From Promethearchaeota archaeon (GTDB taxonomy: Archaea; Asgardarchaeota; Lokiarchaeia; Sigyniarchaeales; SOKP01): a stretch of DNA of 64,000 bases. The stretch covers positions 32,001 to 96,000 of the forward strand of contig JAEOSU010000070.1 of the NCBI GenBank assembly GCA_016840165.1. The letters are read 5' to 3'. Position 1 is the first letter of the stretch. Every line of letters starts with the position of its first letter. The translations under genes and the position numbers were made by a program. Below, piece by piece: positions 59,727 to 64,000 of the stretch. The notes beneath the pieces are model-generated. The model made no database searches. It saw nothing but the letters and a program-made list of their open reading frames with translations, and was not told the origin of the DNA.

Positions 59727-61297
59727 AATTTTTCCTCCTTTTCCAATTCTTTCTTAAGAATTTTTCCTGTTCCGCTAGTGGGCAATGAATCTTTTATTTC
59801 ATAATACTTTGGAATTTTATATTTTGCCAATTTATCAATTAAATATTGTCTAATCTCATCAGCAGTTGTTGATTGCCCTTTTTTTAAAGTAAGAAATGCT
59901 TTTCCGACTTCTCCCCATTTCTCATCGGGAACCCCAATCACCGCCGCTTGATCAATTGCGGGATGTTTATAAAGTAACTCTTCAATTTCGACAGGAAATA
60001 CATTCTCACCCCCGCTAATATACATTTCTTTCCTACGACCGACTATATAATAATAACCCTCTTCATCTTGTTTTGCTAAATCTCCAGTATGCACGAATCC
60101 ATCATCCTCTATTGCGCTCTTCGTTTCTTCAGGCTCATTCCAATATTTAGAGAAGATATGAGGACCCTTTAATAAAAGTTCTCCAACTTCACCCTGTTTT
60201 ACTTCCTGATCCGTTTCTGGATCTAATAATTTCATGTCACAATGAAATACTGGTAATCCGACAGAAGTAGGTTTTTCTTTTATACGATCTTCAGGTAAAT
60301 AAAAATTATTTGGACCAACTTCAGTAAGACCATAACCCATCTTGAAAGGTTTCCCTCTGTCCCAATAATGCTCCATAATCGCAACTGGACATGGAGCACC
60401 CCCAGAAATAAAAATTCTCACAGAATCAAAATTTGCAGCTTTGAATTCTTCTTTATTTGCCATCATATGAAACATGGTTGGAACCCCAATGATAATTGTA
60501 CATTTCTCTCTCTCAATGACATTTAATGTTTCTATAGGATCAAAATCACCCATTAAAATAGACTTTGCTCCCATATGGAAAAAAGGTAGAAGTAAGACAT
60601 TCCATCCACCCGTATGAAACAAGGGAAAGAGAAGAGGCTGTATATCATCCGGTTTGAGTCCCCAACTCATAATTGTATTTATGGAATTCCAGAAAATTAA
60701 TCTATGAGATAATGTCGCACCTTTTGGTAAACCAGTAGTACCACCAGTGAAAAGTATTAGATGAGGATCTTCAAAATTTAAAATAGGCCGTTCTACAGGT
60801 GATTCTGAGACTTTATTAACAAGATTGTAATAATTTTTATCACCTTTTAGGTCCTCATTCTCAAATTGTATATATTTATGAATTAAATCCAAATCTTTGA
60901 TTGTTTGTACTTTTTCTTGAAATTTATTTTCATAAAATATTATTTTTGGATTCATTTTTATAGCTAATTGCTCAATTTCAGCGGGAGCAAGACGTATATT
61001 AAAGGGTACAAAAATAGCTCCTATTTTACCAGTTGCGAAAAAAATATCAATTAATTCCATTTTATTAGTCGAGAAAGCAGCAACTCTATCTCCTTTTCTG
61101 ATATCCATATTCAATAGCACTCTGGCTAATCTATTTGCCCTATTGTCTATTTTTTTAAAAGTGTACCTTTTATTCTCCATATTATCGAATATCGCTTCTT
61201 TATTTGGAGTCAACATAGCTCTACGAGCTGACCAATTACCAATCCATGAAAATTCCATTGGAAAAGTAAAATCATCTGCTTTATACACTTTATTCAC
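59723..61297 (-). CDS. Long-chain acyl-CoA synthetase (AMP-forming)
   Basis: FTGGTTGLPKG, YGLTE, HTGD, YISGGENVFP, KYKIPK, GTGKI. Confidence 0.93.
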   Translation of the reverse strand: MNKVYKADDFTFPMEFSWIGNWSARRAMLTPNKEAIFDNMENKRYTFKKIDNRANRLARVLLNMDIRKGDRVAAFSTNKMELIDIFFATGKIGAIFVPFNIRLAPAEIEQLAIKMNPKIIFYENKFQEKVQTIKDLDLIHKYIQFENEDLKGDKNYYNLVNKVSESPVERPILNFEDPHLILFTGGTTGLPKGATLSHRLIFWNSINTIMSWGLKPDDIQPLLFPLFHTGGWNVLLLPFFHMGAKSILMGDFDPIETLNVIEREKCTIIIGVPTMFHMMANKEEFKAANFDSVRIFISGGAPCPVAIMEHYWDRGKPFKMGYGLTEVGPNNFYLPEDRIKEKPTSVGLPVFHCDMKLLDPETDQEVKQGEVGELLLKGPHIFSKYWNEPEETKSAIEDDGFVHTGDLAKQDEEGYYYIVGRRKEMYISGGENVFPVEIEELLYKHPAIDQAAVIGVPDEKWGEVGKAFLTLKKGQSTTADEIRQYLIDKLAKYKIPKYYEIKDSLPTSGTGKILKKELEKEEKL

Positions 61298-62520
61298 CGA
61301 AACGTTTTATAAAATGGCCAATTTTTCCATACGTATGAATAGAGTAATTCAATCCATAAAAACCAAAGAACAAATGGAGTTGGATTAATATTCCAATATT
61401 CATTTGGCTGACCACCAACAGGATCACCCACGAGATATGGAGCAAAGAAATAATATCCGAAGAACATTAGAGTGCCTAATCCTATAACGAGCAAGAATCT
61501 AAAGATCAAATTTTTTGCTTGACTAAAACGTTTTGGCCAATTATCAAAAAATAAGGATACCATAACTATTGCTAAAATTAGAAAAATAGCATAAGATATC
61601 GACATAACATACCATCCTTTGAATTGAGTTAGCCCATAATCTAATTCAAGTTTAGGATCTCCACCAGCGGCAAGAAAGATTGGATCAAATACATATTGTA
61701 TGATAAATGGGAAAACTAAAGATAAAATAAAACCTAATATTGCACAAACTAAAAAGCATAGGATCCCCATATATGGTTGTTTTCTTGCTAAAGTTTTCCA
61801 AGGCCAATATTCATATACAAGTTGAGTGAGTAAAGAGAAAAATATTACCCATTGAGTCCATCCAAGTGAATATGCATATTGTCTATATACCACTTCACCT
61901 GCATTAGTAGCAGTTGGATTACCAGCAGGCAAGAATAATATAAGCCAAACAATTAGACCTACAATAGTGCCTATTATCCATACAATAATGCCCCTTTTAG
62001 GTTGTTTGATTTTAAAAAACGGCCAATACATTGTTCCCGCTACAAATAGTACACCAAATGAAAATGTTGAGCCGCTTAGAGAACCAAATATAGAAGCTCC
62101 TATGTACCAGGAGAGAAATTCATCAGGATTTTGGACAGAGGGCTCATAAAAACTATTAAATAATGGTAATAGTATATAGGTAAAAAGTAATGCAATAGCA
62201 ATATTTATAAGAGTACCCACCAACCCAATTTGCCAGGGTTTTTTAAATTTTCCATAATATGGCCAATTTTCAAACCATATTGCCCATACAACTCCAACTA
62301 ATCCAAATCCTCCTATTAATGATGCATAATGAACCAGATCTGGACCATATATTCGTGGATCAAAAAATAGATACCAAGTTCCTAAACTAATGAAAAAAAC
62401 TACAATTAACGCTAAAACTCCTGAAAATGGTTGCTTAAAACGCGGCATAAATATAAGGGGTTGTTCTTCAGCAGAGGGCAGTCCACGAAGTTCTTTAGTG
62501 TTTGTATTTTTACTTTTCAA
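61294..62520 (-). CDS. Polytopic putative transporter with five WP-motif repeats
   Basis: FENWP, TMYWP, YEYWP, FDNWP, WKNWP, each between TM pairs; GTGA overlap with the ligase. Confidence 0.72.
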   Translation of the reverse strand: MKSKNTNTKELRGLPSAEEQPLIFMPRFKQPFSGVLALIVVFFISLGTWYLFFDPRIYGPDLVHYASLIGGFGLVGVVWAIWFENWPYYGKFKKPWQIGLVGTLINIAIALLFTYILLPLFNSFYEPSVQNPDEFLSWYIGASIFGSLSGSTFSFGVLFVAGTMYWPFFKIKQPKRGIIVWIIGTIVGLIVWLILFLPAGNPTATNAGEVVYRQYAYSLGWTQWVIFFSLLTQLVYEYWPWKTLARKQPYMGILCFLVCAILGFILSLVFPFIIQYVFDPIFLAAGGDPKLELDYGLTQFKGWYVMSISYAIFLILAIVMVSLFFDNWPKRFSQAKNLIFRFLLVIGLGTLMFFGYYFFAPYLVGDPVGGQPNEYWNINPTPFVLWFLWIELLYSYVWKNWPFYKTFR

Positions 62521-62746
62521 GATTTTTCCTCTTTAAAATTTTTGTTTTTAAAATATAGTATCATACTTAGTAACAAATATATTTACTCATTTTTTCTTAA
62601 AAAGATTTTGTTCAAAAACATTTGTTAACAGAAGACTAATTTAGAAAATCCTAGTTAACCAAATATTATGTATAAAAAGATTAAATAGAAAAAAATTAAT
62701 AGAAATTAGATATTGAATTAGCCTATTTATAAAATTCCTGTCTCAT

Positions 62747-63604
62747 CTAAAGCTTAAGAAGCTTTTTCGCATTATCATAAAGGATTTTTTGTTTAAATCC
62801 ATCAGAAATGGGTAATTCTCTTACTGCAGGGATTATTTCATTCCAATGGATAAGAGGATGATCCGACGCGAATAAGACCCTGTCTTCCAGAGTGTAATTA
62901 GAATATGCGTCAAAAGGGAACCAGGGATATAATTTGGCATATGCAGAAATGTCAATATAGACGTTAGCATTCCTTTCTACCACTGACCATGCATCCCACA
63001 TCCACGGAACCCCCATATGTCCCATAATAATGATTAATTCCGGAAATCTTATTGCCAATTCATCCACGAGTAAAGGATGACCGTATTTGGTTATAGGATT
63101 AATAATACTTTTTAATTGAGAGGTATGTGTCCAAAGAGGGATATTAAGATCAATCATTTTTTCCCAAATAGGATTATATTTTGTATCAGAGATATCAAAT
63201 TTTTGTCCCGGAGGTAAAACTTTTACTCCTTTGAGATCTAATGACTCAATCGCATACTCAAGCTGATTTAACGCATCTGGAGCAGGGATATCAATACAAG
63301 CATATCCAATGAACCTGTTAGGATATTGAGCTACAAAATCTGCAAGATCATCATTAGTTACAACACAAACACCATAGGCAGTAGTAAGGTTATACGATAC
63401 AATAACCGCCTTTTCAATATCCCATTTATCCATTTGCTCAATATAATCCTTAATCGAGACTTTAGTACGTAAGACATCGAAAAACTTTTCCATCGCACGT
63501 CTTCCTCTCTTATTCTCACCTAAGAGGGAACGCGCAACAAATTCAACATCTTCACCCCAATTTGCTTCTTTACAAAAAGGATGAATATGTATGTCAATAA
63601 TCAA
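62747..63604 (-). CDS. Amidohydrolase_2 family protein
   Basis: IIDIHIH, P.RF.G, WTH, GHMG, YIDIS, FASDHP. Confidence 0.88.
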   Translation of the reverse strand: MIIDIHIHPFCKEANWGEDVEFVARSLLGENKRGRRAMEKFFDVLRTKVSIKDYIEQMDKWDIEKAVIVSYNLTTAYGVCVVTNDDLADFVAQYPNRFIGYACIDIPAPDALNQLEYAIESLDLKGVKVLPPGQKFDISDTKYNPIWEKMIDLNIPLWTHTSQLKSIINPITKYGHPLLVDELAIRFPELIIIMGHMGVPWMWDAWSVVERNANVYIDISAYAKLYPWFPFDAYSNYTLEDRVLFASDHPLIHWNEIIPAVRELPISDGFKQKILYDNAKKLLKL

Positions 63605-63665
63605 TTTAATCCCTAAATAAGAAAATATGATAAACTAACTAATTTAAGTACTCAAATTGGGAACG

Positions 63666-64000
63666 CTATAAAAAATTATCGATTGTTCGTTGAGTCTTTA
63701 TGAAATTAATAATTTTACTACTCTTTTTCCAATACTTTAAATCCACCATAAATCCTTTTGCCATATTAAAAACCGCATCATCGAAATTATCAAGAATCTT
63801 TGGTTGCGTGGCATTCATTGCATTTTTAACCGTTTCTCGTATAACCCAGACTCCTAAGGGAACCACATAGCCACCTCTTACCTCTCGAAAGATTAATACT
63901 CGTGCTTGACGCCCAATTCTATAAAGATACTCACAAACTTCCTTCCGAGCAGCATAATACGCACCAGTGATATTACTTGCATACTTTTTTCGGCCTGGAT
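63666..64000 (-). CDS. nreA: Nre-family PCNA-interacting DNA repair protein, C-terminal part (runs off the right edge)
   Basis: Hand translation GRKKYASNITGAYYAAR...RQARVLIFREV..GY.VPLGVWVIRETV; C-terminal PIP box QRTIDNFL. Confidence 0.9.
   Translation of the reverse strand, partial: PGRKKYASNITGAYYAARKEVCEYLYRIGRQARVLIFREVRGGYVVPLGVWVIRETVKNAMNATQPKILDNFDDAVFNMAKGFMVDLKYWKKSSKIINFIKTQRTIDNFL

Noticed and set aside
1-64000. CRISPR arrays, rRNA, transposases, prophage genes
   Set aside because: None seen. The only repeats are coding repeats (acidic peptide, PAS linkers) and short dyads.

Overview
AT-rich, gene-dense archaeal chromosome segment, almost certainly an Asgard archaeon of the Lokiarchaeia (Promethearchaeota). 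This assignment rests on a roadblock protein, a small Arf/Ras-like GTPase coupled to a longin-like protein, a Loki-CTERM-type sorting tail, GGTGA/GGAGG ribosome-binding sites, an intron-containing tRNA, Nre and PAC2 proteins. It holds about 55 CDSs: CopA (partial), IscU/IscS plus SufC/SufB-type Fe-S assembly, two beta-CASP nucleases, a MoxR/VWA pair, GatC, a 5-PAS histidine kinase, acyl-CoA metabolism (ADP-forming ACD alpha, thiolase, FadH, a FabH-like/acyl-CoA ligase/transporter operon), dUTPase, PurE, RpiA, RsmB-type methylase, QueT and Nre (partial). It also has one tRNA-Ala(GGC) with a non-canonical 28-nt intron. No CRISPR array, rRNA, integrase or transposase was seen. The best leads are: (1) a methyltransferase/Ddl-like ATP-grasp fusion facing a 61-aa, 72% acidic peptide with three EDWDE motifs, bracketed by two paralogous ArsB/NhaD permeases, one coupled to a roadblock protein; (2) a GTPase + longin-winged-helix two-gene unit with an NPRL2-like layout; (3) a membrane subtilase with the architecture of eukaryotic site-1 protease; (4) a near-identical cytosolic zinc-ribbon tail on unrelated membrane proteins; (5) an MFS transporter fused to tandem MIT-like helical repeats. 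All family assignments come from motif recognition by eye; no searches were run.
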